From: Flavobacteriaceae bacterium
GTDB lineage: Bacteria > Bacteroidota > Bacteroidia > Flavobacteriales > Flavobacteriaceae
NCBI GenBank assembly: GCA_046329205.1
Contig: JAXLVF010000006.1
Span: 91,077-155,076, forward strand
Direction: 5' to 3'
DNA length: 64,000 bases
A program made the translations under genes and the position numbers. Below, piece after piece: positions 19,593 through 29,487 of this stretch; the first letter of the stretch is position 1, and each line of letters starts with the position of its first letter. The notes under the pieces were generated by a model. The model was not told the origin of the DNA. It did no database searches and saw only the letters and a list, made by a program, of their open reading frames with translations.

Positions 19593-21448
19593 ATGGCAGA
19601 ACTTACTCAATACAACGAAGATAATATTCGTTCACTCGACTGGAAAGAACACATCCGAATGCGTCCCGGAATGTACATCGGGAAACTTGGCGACGGTTCT
19701 TCACCCGATGATGGTATTTACATTCTTCTGAAAGAAGTAATCGACAACTGTATCGATGAATTCGTCATGGGTGCAGGAAAAGTTATCGAGGTAACTATCA
19801 AAGATAAAATGGTTACTGTTCGTGATTATGGTCGTGGAATTCCGCTAGGAAAAGTGGTTGATGTAGTTTCCAAAATGAATACTGGAGGAAAATATGACTC
19901 CAAAGCCTTTAAAAAATCTGTTGGATTAAATGGAGTTGGTACCAAAGCTGTTAACGCTTTGTCAAATTTTTTCAGGGTAGAAAGTGTTCGAGATAACCAA
20001 CAAAAAGCTGCCGAGTTTTCCGCTGGAAATCTTACTCTCGAAGAAGATGTTACTGAAACAACCAAACGAAAAGGAACCAAAGTTTCTTTCGTGGCCGATG
20101 AAACTATTTTCAAAAATTACAAATACCGAAATGAGTATATCATTCGTATGCTCAAAAATTACTGTTACTTAAATCGTGGCTTGACGATTTATTACAACGG
20201 TGAAAAATACGTTTCGGAGTTTGGTTTAAAAGATTTATTGGAAGAAACCATCACCGAAGAAGACATGCAATATCCAATCATTCATCTGGAAGGTGATGAT
20301 ATCGAAATTGCTTTGACACACAGTAAATCCCAATATTCTGAAGAATACCATTCTTTCGTCAACGGACAGAACACGACGCAAGGTGGAACGCATTTGGGTG
20401 CTTTTCGTGAAGCAATTGTAAAAACGATTAAAGAGTTTTACAACAAACCTTTTGAAGCTTCGGATATTCGTAAGTCGATTGTTTCGGCAATTTCGGTAAA
20501 AGTGGAAGAACCGGTTTTTGAAAGTCAAACGAAAACCAAATTAGGTTCAACCGATATTGGTCCGAATGGTCCAACAGTTCGAACATTTGTAAATGATTTT
20601 ATCAAAACCAAACTTGATAATTTTTTACATAAAAATCCAGAAACAGCCGATTTATTACTCCGTAAAATTCTTCAAGCAGAACGCGAACGTAAAGAACTTT
20701 CTGGAATTAGAAAATTAGCTAAAGAAAGAGCAAAAAAGGCAAGTTTCACAACAAAAAATTACGCGATTGCCGTGTGCATCTAACCGATAGTAAAAATCCA
20801 CGAAGTCTTGAAAGCACACTTTTCATTACCGAAGGTGATTCAGCATCGGGTTCAATTACCAAAAGTCGTGATGTAAATACACAAGCTGTTTTCAGTTTAC
20901 GTGGAAAACCACTGAATTCCTATGGAATGACAAAGAAAATTGTGTATGAAAATGAAGAGTTCAACTTGCTTCAAGCAGCATTGGACATCGAAGAAGATAT
21001 GGGCGATTTGCGTTATAACAATATAGTAATTGCAACTGATGCCGATGTCGATGGTATGCACATTCGCTTGTTGTTGATTACGTTTTTCTTGCAGTTTTTC
21101 CCAGAATTAATCAAAGACGGACATTTATACATTTTGCAAACACCATTATTCCGTGTGCGAAATAAAAAAGAAACGATTTATTGCTACAGCGAACAAGAAC
21201 GTGTTGATGCTATCGAAAAATTAAAACCAAAACCCGAAATCACTCGATTTAAAGGTTTAGGAGAAATTTCACCCGATGAGTTCAAGCATTTTATTGGCGA
21301 AAGCATCCGATTGGATCCAGTAATGTTAGACAAAGCTACAAGTATTGAAACCTTACTGGAATTTTATATGGGTAAAAATACACCCGACCGACAAGATTTT
21401 ATTATCAATAATTTGAAAGTGGAATTGGATGTGGTTGAGAAGTCGTAG
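19593..21448 (+). pseudogene. parE: DNA topoisomerase IV subunit B (ParE), interrupted by a 1-nt frameshift as sequenced
   Basis: ORF 19593-20783 carries the GHKL ATPase and transducer domains. The TOPRIM/tail half ([14 protein letters not shown]) lies in another frame, which is open from 20723 to 21448. The two frames overlap across 20723-20780. Confidence 0.85.
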
Positions 21449-21451
21449 CAC

Positions 21452-21464
21452 GAAGTTTCACAAT
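21452..21464. repeat. Left arm of 13-bp perfect inverted repeat (AAGTTTCACAATG) flanking the GxxExxY gene
   Basis: Its reverse complement CATTGTGAAACTT occurs at 21932-21944. Confidence 0.8.
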
Positions 21465-21500
21465 GTTTAGCACAAAGTCACACAAAATAATTTTTTAAAA

Positions 21501-21520
21501 CTTAGTGGAACTTAGTGAAA
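21501..21520. repeat. Tandem 10-mer CTTAGTGGAA/CTTAGTGAAA
   Basis: Two adjacent copies with 9/10 identity. Confidence 0.7.
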
Positions 21521-21524
21521 ATCT

Positions 21525-21542
21525 TTGAGTAACATTGTGCTA
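21525..21542. repeat. Direct repeat copy 1 (TTGAGTAACATTGTGCTA)
   Basis: 17/18 identical to 21955-21972. Each copy lies immediately upstream of an ATG (the GxxExxY gene and parC). Confidence 0.75.
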
Positions 21543-21556
21543 TAAAACAAACAATT

Positions 21557-21931
21557 ATGACAGAAGAGAATGAAATTAGCCGAATAATTTTAGATTGTGC
21601 ATATAAAGTTCATACGAAATTAGGTTCAGGATTGTTGGAAAAAGTATATAGGGAATGTTTGGCTTATGAATTGACAAAATGCGGATTAGATGTTCAACAA
21701 GAAAAAGCCTTTCCAGTTATTTATGAAGACATAAAAATGGATTGCGGTTACAGAGTTGATATTATTGTAAATAATAAAGTAATTATTGAATTAAAAGTAG
21801 TTGAAGATTTTACAGTAGAACATACAGCTCAATGTTTGACCTATATGCGACTTTCAGAATGTAAATTGGGATTACTTTTAAATTTTTATAAAAAATCATT
21901 AAAAGACGGAATAAAAAGATTAATACTATAA
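21557..21931 (+). CDS. GxxExxY protein (PD-(D/E)XK-like small protein family)
   Basis: 124 aa. GSGLLEKVYRECLAYEL contains the eponymous G-x-x-E-x-x-Y. The VDIIVNNKVIIELK core and C-terminal GLLLNF...IKRLI are typical of the family. Confidence 0.85.
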   Translation: MTEENEISRIILDCAYKVHTKLGSGLLEKVYRECLAYELTKCGLDVQQEKAFPVIYEDIKMDCGYRVDIIVNNKVIIELKVVEDFTVEHTAQCLTYMRLSECKLGLLLNFYKKSLKDGIKRLIL

Positions 21932-21944
21932 CATTGTGAAACTT
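21932..21944. repeat. Right arm of 13-bp inverted repeat (CATTGTGAAACTT)
   Basis: Perfect reverse complement of 21452-21464. Starts 1 nt after the GxxExxY stop codon. Confidence 0.8.
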
Positions 21945-21954
21945 TGTTAAAACA

Positions 21955-21972
21955 TTGAGTAACATAGTGCTA
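21955..21972. repeat. Direct repeat copy 2 (TTGAGTAACATAGTGCTA)
   Basis: 17/18 identical to 21525-21542. Confidence 0.75.
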
Positions 21973-21980
21973 CAAAAAAC

Positions 21981-24689
21981 ATGAAAGACGAAGAAGAAGA
22001 TAACATCATTCCAAGCGACGACGAGAATAACGAGCCGTTGGAAAATAATAATGAAAATGATTTTGATGAAGAAGTACGACTTTCTTCAGGAAGTCATTTC
22101 TATGAAAACGACGAAAACCCAGAAGATACCATTACCAAAGTTACAGGAATGTACAAAGATTGGTTTTTGGACTATGCTTCCTATGTAATTCTAGAACGTG
22201 CTGTTCCAGCGATTGAAGATGGTTTTAAACCCGTTCAACGTCGTATTATGCATTCCATGAAAGAGTTGGATGATGGTCGTTATAACAAAGTGGCAAACAT
22301 CGTTGGGCATACTATGCAGTATCATCCGCATGGAGATGCCAGTATTGGTGATGCTATGGTGCAAATTGGCCAAAAAGATTTGCTCATCGATATGCAAGGA
22401 AACTGGGGAAATATCCTCACTGGTGATGGTGCTGCAGCTCCAAGATATATAGAAGCACGAATTTCTAAACTTGGGCATGATATTCTGTACTCGCCAAAAA
22501 TCACAGAATGGCAATTGTCTTATGATGGTCGTAGAAATGAACCGGTTAATCTTCCTGTTAAGTTTCCGTTGTTATTAGCTCAAGGTGCCGAAGGAATTGC
22601 TGTTGGATTATCAACCAAAGTTTTACCACACAATTTCAATGAACTGATAGATTGTTCCATTAAAGTTTTAAAAGGAAAGTCATTCACGTTGTATCCTGAT
22701 TTTCCAACAGCAGGAATTGCTGATATTTCCAATTATAATGATGGAATGCGTGGCGGACGAGTTCGTGTACGTGCCAAAATCAATCAGTTGGACAAACAAA
22801 CGTTGGTAATAACCCAAATTCCTTTTTCAACCAATACTTCAACTCTTATTGATAGTATATTGAAAGCCAATGAAAAAGGAAAAATTAAGATAAAAAAAAT
22901 TGAAGACAATACAGCTGCCGAAGTAGAAATATTAATTCATCTTCCGCCAGGTGTTTCTCCCGATAAAACAATTGATGCGTTGTATGCTTTCACGGCTTGT
23001 GAAACATCAGTTGCGCCATTGGGTTGTGTGATTGAAGACCACAAACCAAGGTTTATTGGTGTTACAGATATGTTGAAAATATCTACACACAGAACTGTAG
23101 ATTTGTTGAAACGTGAACTCGAAATTCAATTAGACGAACTCGAAAATAAATGGCATTTTTCTACCTTGGAAAAAATCTTCATTCGTGAAGAAATGTACAT
23201 CGATTTCAAATTGTATTCTGATAGAGAGTCGCTTTATCAGTATATGTACAAACGATTTGAACCTTTTACAAATTTGTTGGTGAGAGAAATCAATGACGAT
23301 GATTTGCAAAAACTTACTCAAATTCCAATGATACGTATTACTCGTTTCGACTCGGATAAAGCGGATGATGCTATTGCAAAATTGGAAGCCGAAATGGAAC
23401 AAGTAAAATATGATTTAGACCATATTATAGATTTTGCAATTAATTATTTTCAAACCTTAAAAGATAAGTATGGTAAAGGTCGTGAGCGACTAACCGAGTT
23501 GCGAAACTTTGATAATATTGAAGCTACAAAAGTAGTTTTGAGAAACACAAAGCTATACGTAAATAGGGAAGAAGGTTTCTTTGGAACTGGTTTGAAAAAA
23601 GATGAATATGTTGCCGATTGTTCTGATATTGATGATGTTATTGTTTTCTTGCGCGATGGGAAAATGATGGTTTCTAAAGTTGATGACAAAAAATTTGTTG
23701 GAAAAGACATCATTCACATTGCGGTTTTTGATAAAAACGATAAGCGAACGATTTATAACATGATTTATCGTGATGGAAAAAACGGTTCAGCTTTTATCAA
23801 ACGTTTCAATGTTTCGGGTATAACTCGTGATAAATTCTATGATTTAACACAAGAAAAAGCTGGAAGTCAAGTACTTTATTTTTCAGCTAATCCAAATGGA
23901 GAAGCAGAAACAGTTACTGTTTTACTTAGACAAGTTGGAAGCGTCAAAAAACTAAAATGGGATTTAGACTTTTCAGATATTGCTATAAAAGGTAGAGCAA
24001 GTCGCGGAAATACAGTGACAAAATATCCTATCAAGAAAATTGAGTTGAAAGAGAAAGGAATTTCTACTTTACGTCCAAGAAAAGTTTGGTTTGACGATAC
24101 TGTTCAACGATTGAATGTAGATGGAAGAGGTGAACTACTAGGCGAATTTAGACCAAATGACAGGTTGTTGATTATCAATCAGTCAGGTAAGTTGAAAACC
24201 ATTATTCCAGAATTGACTACTCATTTTGATGAAGATATGATAGTGCTCGAAAAATGGAATCCTAAAAAACCTATTTCATGTATCTATTACGATGGTGAAA
24301 AAGAACGCTATTTTGTCAAACGTTTCTTGGTAGAAAACGAAAATAAAGAAGAAATATTTATTTCAGAACATGAAAAATCTCAATTAGAAATTGTTTCTAC
24401 TGATTGGCGACCAATGGCTGAGATTGTTTTTGCAAAGGTAAAAGGTGTTCAAAAAGAAAGTCAAACGATTGATTTGGAACAATTTATCGCTGTGAAAGGG
24501 ATTAAAGCATTGGGTAATCAATTGACAACAGATAAATTAAAACAAGTAAATCTTTTGGAACCATTACCTTTCGACGAACCAGAGGAAGAAGAACCAGAAC
24601 AAACGGAAGCTTCTAATGAAGTTAATGTTTCAGATAATATCCAAACCGAAACCGATGATGATGGACAAATAACTTTATCATTAGAATAG
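21981..24689 (+). CDS. parC: DNA topoisomerase IV subunit A (ParC)
   Basis: 902 aa. Acidic N-terminal tail, then the GyrA/ParC blocks DGFKPVQRRI and HPHGD, followed by a C-terminal beta-pinwheel region. Confidence 0.9.
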   Translation: MKDEEEDNIIPSDDENNEPLENNNENDFDEEVRLSSGSHFYENDENPEDTITKVTGMYKDWFLDYASYVILERAVPAIEDGFKPVQRRIMHSMKELDDGRYNKVANIVGHTMQYHPHGDASIGDAMVQIGQKDLLIDMQGNWGNILTGDGAAAPRYIEARISKLGHDILYSPKITEWQLSYDGRRNEPVNLPVKFPLLLAQGAEGIAVGLSTKVLPHNFNELIDCSIKVLKGKSFTLYPDFPTAGIADISNYNDGMRGGRVRVRAKINQLDKQTLVITQIPFSTNTSTLIDSILKANEKGKIKIKKIEDNTAAEVEILIHLPPGVSPDKTIDALYAFTACETSVAPLGCVIEDHKPRFIGVTDMLKISTHRTVDLLKRELEIQLDELENKWHFSTLEKIFIREEMYIDFKLYSDRESLYQYMYKRFEPFTNLLVREINDDDLQKLTQIPMIRITRFDSDKADDAIAKLEAEMEQVKYDLDHIIDFAINYFQTLKDKYGKGRERLTELRNFDNIEATKVVLRNTKLYVNREEGFFGTGLKKDEYVADCSDIDDVIVFLRDGKMMVSKVDDKKFVGKDIIHIAVFDKNDKRTIYNMIYRDGKNGSAFIKRFNVSGITRDKFYDLTQEKAGSQVLYFSANPNGEAETVTVLLRQVGSVKKLKWDLDFSDIAIKGRASRGNTVTKYPIKKIELKEKGISTLRPRKVWFDDTVQRLNVDGRGELLGEFRPNDRLLIINQSGKLKTIIPELTTHFDEDMIVLEKWNPKKPISCIYYDGEKERYFVKRFLVENENKEEIFISEHEKSQLEIVSTDWRPMAEIVFAKVKGVQKESQTIDLEQFIAVKGIKALGNQLTTDKLKQVNLLEPLPFDEPEEEEPEQTEASNEVNVSDNIQTETDDDGQITLSLE

Positions 24690-24694
24690 AACCA

Positions 24695-24733
24695 AACCTG
24701 CAAGAATTTATAAATATTGCAGGTTTTTCTTTT
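24695..24733 (+). terminator. Rho-independent terminator after parC
   Basis: AACCTGCAA...TTGCAGGTT stem followed by TTTTTCTTTT. Confidence 0.6.
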
Positions 24734-24799
24734 CAATTGATTTATATCATTTTTAATTGCAAACAACACAATTAACTTTACTTCAAATTATTAAAACTA

Positions 24800-26473
24800 A
24801 TGTCAACATTTCCATCTGATATTGAAATTGCACAAAGTGCCAACTTACAACACATCCGAAAAATTGCAGAAAAAATTAATATTACTGATGATGATTTGGA
24901 ATATTACGGGAAATACAAAGCCAAACTACCTTTAGAATTACAATCTGATAATCCGAAAGGAAAATTGATATTGGTTTCAGCCATGTCACCAACAAGATAT
25001 GGCGAAGGAAAAACAACCATGTCTATTGGACTTGCTGATGGATTGAATTACATTGGAAAAAATGCTATTGCTGTTCTTCGTGAACCATCGTTAGGTCCAG
25101 TTTTTGGTCTGAAAGGTGGTGCTGCTGGTGGCGGATTTTCTCAAGTTGTTCCAATGGAAGATATCAATTTACATTTCACAGGCGACTTTTCTGCTATTGA
25201 AAAAGCCAATAATTTGCTTTCGGCTGTTATAGATAATAACCTGCAAAACCCAACTCATTCTCTCAATTTAGATCCAAAATCTATTGCTTGGAAACGAGTG
25301 ATGGATATGAACGATCGTTCACTAAGACAAATAATTATTGGAGTTGGCGCAAAAGCTAATGGTATGATGCGTGAAGATGGTTTCAATATAACTCCAGCTT
25401 CAGAAGTGATGGCAATATTGTGTTTATCAAAAGATTTGGAAGATTTAAAAGTTCGATTAGGTAAGATTTATGTTGGGAAAACCTTGGATGGAAAAGCCAT
25501 TTTTGCTCGCGATTTGAAAGTTGTTGGTGCCATGGCTGTTTTGTTAAAAGATGCTCTGAAACCCAATTTGGTTCAAACGTTGGATGAAAATCCGGCTATT
25601 CTTCATGGCGGACCATTTGCTAGTATTGCACAAGGAACAAATACTGTTATAGCCACAAAAATGGGACTCTCACTGGGAGATTATGTGGTAACCGAAGCTG
25701 GTTTTGGAGCTGATTTAGGTGCTGAAAAATTCTTCCATATCAAATGTGGGCAAAGTGGATTAAAACCCGATGCCGTAGTTCTAGTTGCTACAATTCGTGC
25801 CATAAAACACCACGCTGGTTTAAGTGCCGAAGAATTTAAGAATGAAAATATTACAGCAGTAGAAAAAGGATTTTGTAACCTCGAAAAACATATTGAAAAT
25901 ATTCAGAAATTTGGCATAAATCCTGTGGTTTGTATCAATGCTTTTCCAGATGATACTCCAGCAGAATATGAGACCTTGAAGTCTTTGTGTTCCAATAAAG
26001 GAATTACTGCTATTGTCAGTACAGCTTTTGTTCATGGTGGAAAAGGCTCAGCTGAACTTGCTGAAAAAGTTTTAGAAGAAATCAATTCAGGTAAAGCAAA
26101 CTATAAACCTTTGTATCAAAAAGAAGATACCATAGAACATAAAATTTTAACCATTTCCAAAGAAATTTATGGTGCAAATTCAGTTGAGTTTTCACCAAAA
26201 TCAAAAGCACAACTAAAAATGATTAACGATTTAGGTTTTAATGAATTTTCTGTTTGCATGGCCAAAACACCAGCCAGTTTTTCTGATAATGAAAAACTCA
26301 TTGGTCGACCAACAAATTTTGACATCACTGTTCGTGAATTTGAAATTGCTAGTGGAGCAGGATTTATAGTTCCTTTGCTTGGAGATGTTATGCGTATGCC
26401 AGGATTACCAGCAATTCCCAATGCTGAGCGAATTGATATAGATAAAAACGGAAAAATTAGCGGTTTGTCTTAA
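24800..26473 (+). CDS. fhs: Formate--tetrahydrofolate ligase
   Basis: 557 aa. PTRYGEGKTT P-loop-like block and full-length FTHFS similarity (LHGGPFASIAQGTN, MRMPGLP). Confidence 0.95.
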   Translation: MSTFPSDIEIAQSANLQHIRKIAEKINITDDDLEYYGKYKAKLPLELQSDNPKGKLILVSAMSPTRYGEGKTTMSIGLADGLNYIGKNAIAVLREPSLGPVFGLKGGAAGGGFSQVVPMEDINLHFTGDFSAIEKANNLLSAVIDNNLQNPTHSLNLDPKSIAWKRVMDMNDRSLRQIIIGVGAKANGMMREDGFNITPASEVMAILCLSKDLEDLKVRLGKIYVGKTLDGKAIFARDLKVVGAMAVLLKDALKPNLVQTLDENPAILHGGPFASIAQGTNTVIATKMGLSLGDYVVTEAGFGADLGAEKFFHIKCGQSGLKPDAVVLVATIRAIKHHAGLSAEEFKNENITAVEKGFCNLEKHIENIQKFGINPVVCINAFPDDTPAEYETLKSLCSNKGITAIVSTAFVHGGKGSAELAEKVLEEINSGKANYKPLYQKEDTIEHKILTISKEIYGANSVEFSPKSKAQLKMINDLGFNEFSVCMAKTPASFSDNEKLIGRPTNFDITVREFEIASGAGFIVPLLGDVMRMPGLPAIPNAERIDIDKNGKISGLS

Positions 26474-26478
26474 ATAAA

Positions 26479-26506
26479 AATGCCTTGAAATAATCAAGGC
26501 ATTTTG
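26479..26506. terminator. Bidirectional hairpin terminator
   Basis: AATGCCTTGA-AATAA-TCAAGGCATT flanked by A-run and T-rich sequence, between the convergent fhs and terC-like genes. Confidence 0.65.
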
Positions 26507-26526
26507 GTTTTAGAAAAATACAAGAA

Positions 26527-27384
26527 TTAATTAGTGACATCAGTATCTTTCAGTTTATTGTCTATAATTTTATTGTTATGAAGTTTTACAGTTTTTCTAT
26601 TTTTCTTCATTTTCATATTCAGGAATTCTACAAATAGAGAGAAGAAAATTGAGAAATATAAATATCCTTTTGGAATGCTATTAACTTCTACATCATTACC
26701 AAATCTAAAATGTGCCAAATGTGAGCCTTCAGCAAGTAGCATAACACCTATCAAAATCAAAAATGAAAGCCCAAGAATTTGAATAGTTGGGTGATCATTA
26801 ACAAACTTAGAAACTGGTCCAGCAAAAATCATCATGATTACAATTGAAATAACTACCGATAAAATCATAATTTCCATAGCACCTTCATAACCAAAACCTC
26901 CTTGTGATGGATCTTTCATGCTTATCATACCTATTGCGGTTAGAATACTATCAAATGAAAATACTATATTCAGTAAAGCAATTTGAAGTACAGCTTGTCC
27001 TAAAGAGTTTGATGCTTTGCCTTGAGTGCTTTCTTCTTCGCCTTCCAATTTATGGTGAATTTCGGAAACAGATTTATATAAAAGAAACAATCCACCACCA
27101 AAGATTATTAAACTTTGACCTGTAAAATGAGCTTCAAAAAAACTCAAATTTACATGATAAATAACATCTTGAAGACCAAGTACCCAACTGATACCAAATA
27201 ACAAAACAATTCTAAATACCATGGCTAATAATAATCCTATTCGTCTTGCTTTGGGTTGGTCTTTTTGTTCAAGTTTACCAGAAACAATCGATAGAAAGAC
27301 AATATTATCAATACCAAGTATTATTTCTAAAAAAGTCAATGTTAGTAATGCCATCAAAGCATTTGGGGTAAAAATTATTTCCAT
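26527..27384 (-). CDS. TerC-family integral membrane protein
   Basis: 285 aa, about 7 TM helices, with LEIILGIDNIVFLSI and FSFDSILTAIG signature blocks. Confidence 0.85.
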   Translation of the reverse strand: MEIIFTPNALMALLTLTFLEIILGIDNIVFLSIVSGKLEQKDQPKARRIGLLLAMVFRIVLLFGISWVLGLQDVIYHVNLSFFEAHFTGQSLIIFGGGLFLLYKSVSEIHHKLEGEEESTQGKASNSLGQAVLQIALLNIVFSFDSILTAIGMISMKDPSQGGFGYEGAMEIMILSVVISIVIMMIFAGPVSKFVNDHPTIQILGLSFLILIGVMLLAEGSHLAHFRFGNDVEVNSIPKGYLYFSIFFSLFVEFLNMKMKKNRKTVKLHNNKIIDNKLKDTDVTN

Positions 27385-27416
27385 ATCTATAAATTAAATT
27401 CTTATGTTAAACGTTG

Positions 27417-27788
27417 TTAATTCAATTTTGTTACAGTTCCACGTTGTTTTTTTTCATCGCCTACAAAACCATATTCAAAAGTATATGTGTTATCCTTTGT
27501 GAACAAAATTTTCATAGAAATAGCTTTTTTTTCAGTCATGTTTTTTGGGTGCAATTTTTGTAAAATAAATTCACAGTCATTTACCCATCGAACAGATGCC
27601 GTATCTGTTTTACCATTATAAGTTTCTATTTGCAAATCTGTTGTTCTAGTGAAGACAGAAGTTTGTTTTTTACCATCAATTTCTTGTGTGAACTCAAATT
27701 TACCAGTTTTAAAATCAGTACATTTTCGTTCCTGTTGATAACAAGAAATTACTAAAAAGTAGAATAGGAGTAGAGTGGTTTTTTTCAT
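27417..27788 (-). CDS. Small lipoprotein of unknown function
   Basis: 123 aa. Signal peptide with lipobox-like LVISC. Confidence 0.55.
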   Translation of the reverse strand: MKKTTLLLFYFLVISCYQQERKCTDFKTGKFEFTQEIDGKKQTSVFTRTTDLQIETYNGKTDTASVRWVNDCEFILQKLHPKNMTEKKAISMKILFTKDNTYTFEYGFVGDEKKQRGTVTKLN

Positions 27789-27853
27789 TTTTATTTGAAG
27801 CTATTTCCAGCTTTTCGTTTCAATCTCTTCGAGGATTTCCACTTCAATCTGAG

Positions 27854-28429
27854 CTATTTTAATCTATTCAATTCATCGTCTGTAAAATTCTTAATGCTTT
27901 TATCTTTTGAAAATTTTTCAGCGTTATAACTATTCGATTTATTTTTTGGAATAGAAAGTGAATTCCATTCGGTTTTTTTGAGCATTTTGGCATAAAATAC
28001 AATTTGACCAATATGATACGGATAATGTGCCAACTGACGATTGATGGCTTCCATTACGGTATGACCTTCGTTCCTAATGTAGATAATGGTTGATAAATCT
28101 TTATCTACCAATGGATTTAATGCATTAAATAAACAATCCCATCCTTTTTGCCAATATATGAGCAAATCTTCTTTGGTATTAATTTTTTCATCAAATTCGC
28201 TATCACGATTACGCCATTCTTTTTCTCCATCTGTAGTGAGAAAATCTGTCCAGCGTGATAGCATATTTCCAGCAAGGTGTTGAATGATTATTGCAATAGA
28301 ATTTGTGTCTTCATTTACGGAGACAAAAAGTTGCTCTGGTTCCAGTTGTTCAATAGCTTTTTCGCCTAGTGTTTTATAATATAAAAATTGCTTTTTGCAA
28401 CTTTCGAGATAAGTATTATTTGTTTCCAT
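27854..28429 (-). CDS. DUF1572/DinB-superfamily protein
   Basis: Start set at METNNTYLES. Contains IIQHLAGNMLSRWTDFLTTDGEKEWRNRDSEF and HYPYHIGQIV blocks. Confidence 0.7.
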   Translation of the reverse strand: METNNTYLESCKKQFLYYKTLGEKAIEQLEPEQLFVSVNEDTNSIAIIIQHLAGNMLSRWTDFLTTDGEKEWRNRDSEFDEKINTKEDLLIYWQKGWDCLFNALNPLVDKDLSTIIYIRNEGHTVMEAINRQLAHYPYHIGQIVFYAKMLKKTEWNSLSIPKNKSNSYNAEKFSKDKSIKNFTDDELNRLK

Positions 28430-28643
28430 CAAAAAGTGCATCAGTAATTGTTTTTATTCCTTTAAAAGCAAGATAGACAGATAATAAGCAAAAAATAATT
28501 CCAAAAGCTAGAACCAAATAATGCCAATTGGTTTGTTTATTCATAAAAGCATTATAAATGACGCTTGGTCCAATAAACATAAGAGGCAAAGCACCTGCGA
28601 GATATTTAACACCTTTTTGTAAAAGTTCTCTATTTGTTGGCAT
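28416..28643 (-). CDS. Small two-TM membrane protein
   Basis: 75 aa with two hydrophobic helices. Packed between murQ and the DinB-like gene. Confidence 0.5.
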   Translation of the reverse strand: MPTNRELLQKGVKYLAGALPLMFIGPSVIYNAFMNKQTNWHYLVLAFGIIFCLLSVYLAFKGIKTITDALFDGNK

Positions 28644-28649
28644 AATAAT

Positions 28650-29462
28650 TTATTCTTTATAATTTTCAACCGCTTTTCTAACGCTTCCAAATTCTTTTAA
28701 TAACTCTGAGGCTTTTTCATAATCTACTGGAATTTCACTCATAATCATCCTCACACCACGATCAACCAGTTTGTCGTTGCTCAATTGCATATCAACCATT
28801 TTGTTGCCTTTAACACGACCAAGTTGTATCATCGTTGCAGTTGAAATCATATTCAAAACCAATTTTTGAGCTGTTCCAGCTTTCATTCGTGAGCTTCCAG
28901 TAACGAATTCTGGTCCAACAACTACAACAACAGGAAATTGCGCCGTCAAAGCCAATGGACTTCCTTCATTGCAAGTAATACAACCTGTAACGATATTTTG
29001 CTCATTGCATTTTTCCAAACCACCAATAACATAAGGCGTTGTTCCAGATGCAGCAATTCCAATGACAACATCGTTTTCTCCAATGTTTTCATTTTGTAAA
29101 TCAATCCAAGCTTGTTCACGATTGTCTTCGGCGTTTTCTACAGCGCGACGAATGGCTTTGTCACCGCCAGCGATAATTCCGTTGACTAAATCGAATGGAA
29201 CACCAAATGTTGGCGGACATTCCGAAGCATCAACAATGCCTAATCTTCCTGAAGTTCCAGCACCAATATAGAATAATCTGCCGCCAAGTTTTAGTTTTTC
29301 GACTACTTTAGTAACTAAATTTTCGATTTGTGGTAACGCTTTTTCCACAGCAAGCGGAACCGTTTTATCTTCGTTATTAATATTCGTCAATAAATCGATA
29401 ACCGACATGGTTTCTAAACTGTCGTAATGCGAAGATTGTTCTGTGGTTTTGGTGAAGTTCAT
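28650..29462 (-). CDS. murQ: N-acetylmuramic acid 6-phosphate etherase
   Basis: 270 aa. SIS-domain blocks GRLFYIGAGTSGRLG and GIAASGTTPYV, plus C-terminal GSSRMKAGTAQK. Confidence 0.9.
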   Translation of the reverse strand: MNFTKTTEQSSHYDSLETMSVIDLLTNINNEDKTVPLAVEKALPQIENLVTKVVEKLKLGGRLFYIGAGTSGRLGIVDASECPPTFGVPFDLVNGIIAGGDKAIRRAVENAEDNREQAWIDLQNENIGENDVVIGIAASGTTPYVIGGLEKCNEQNIVTGCITCNEGSPLALTAQFPVVVVVGPEFVTGSSRMKAGTAQKLVLNMISTATMIQLGRVKGNKMVDMQLSNDKLVDRGVRMIMSEIPVDYEKASELLKEFGSVRKAVENYKE

Positions 29463-29487
29463 TATTCAATTACAATTTTCAATAAAA

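Noticed and set aside
22191-24769. Several antisense or alternative-frame ORFs within parC (22191-22514, 22270-22452, 22322-22504, 23130-23402, 23450-23713, 24518-24769)
   Set aside because: All are embedded in the strongly supported 902-aa parC frame.
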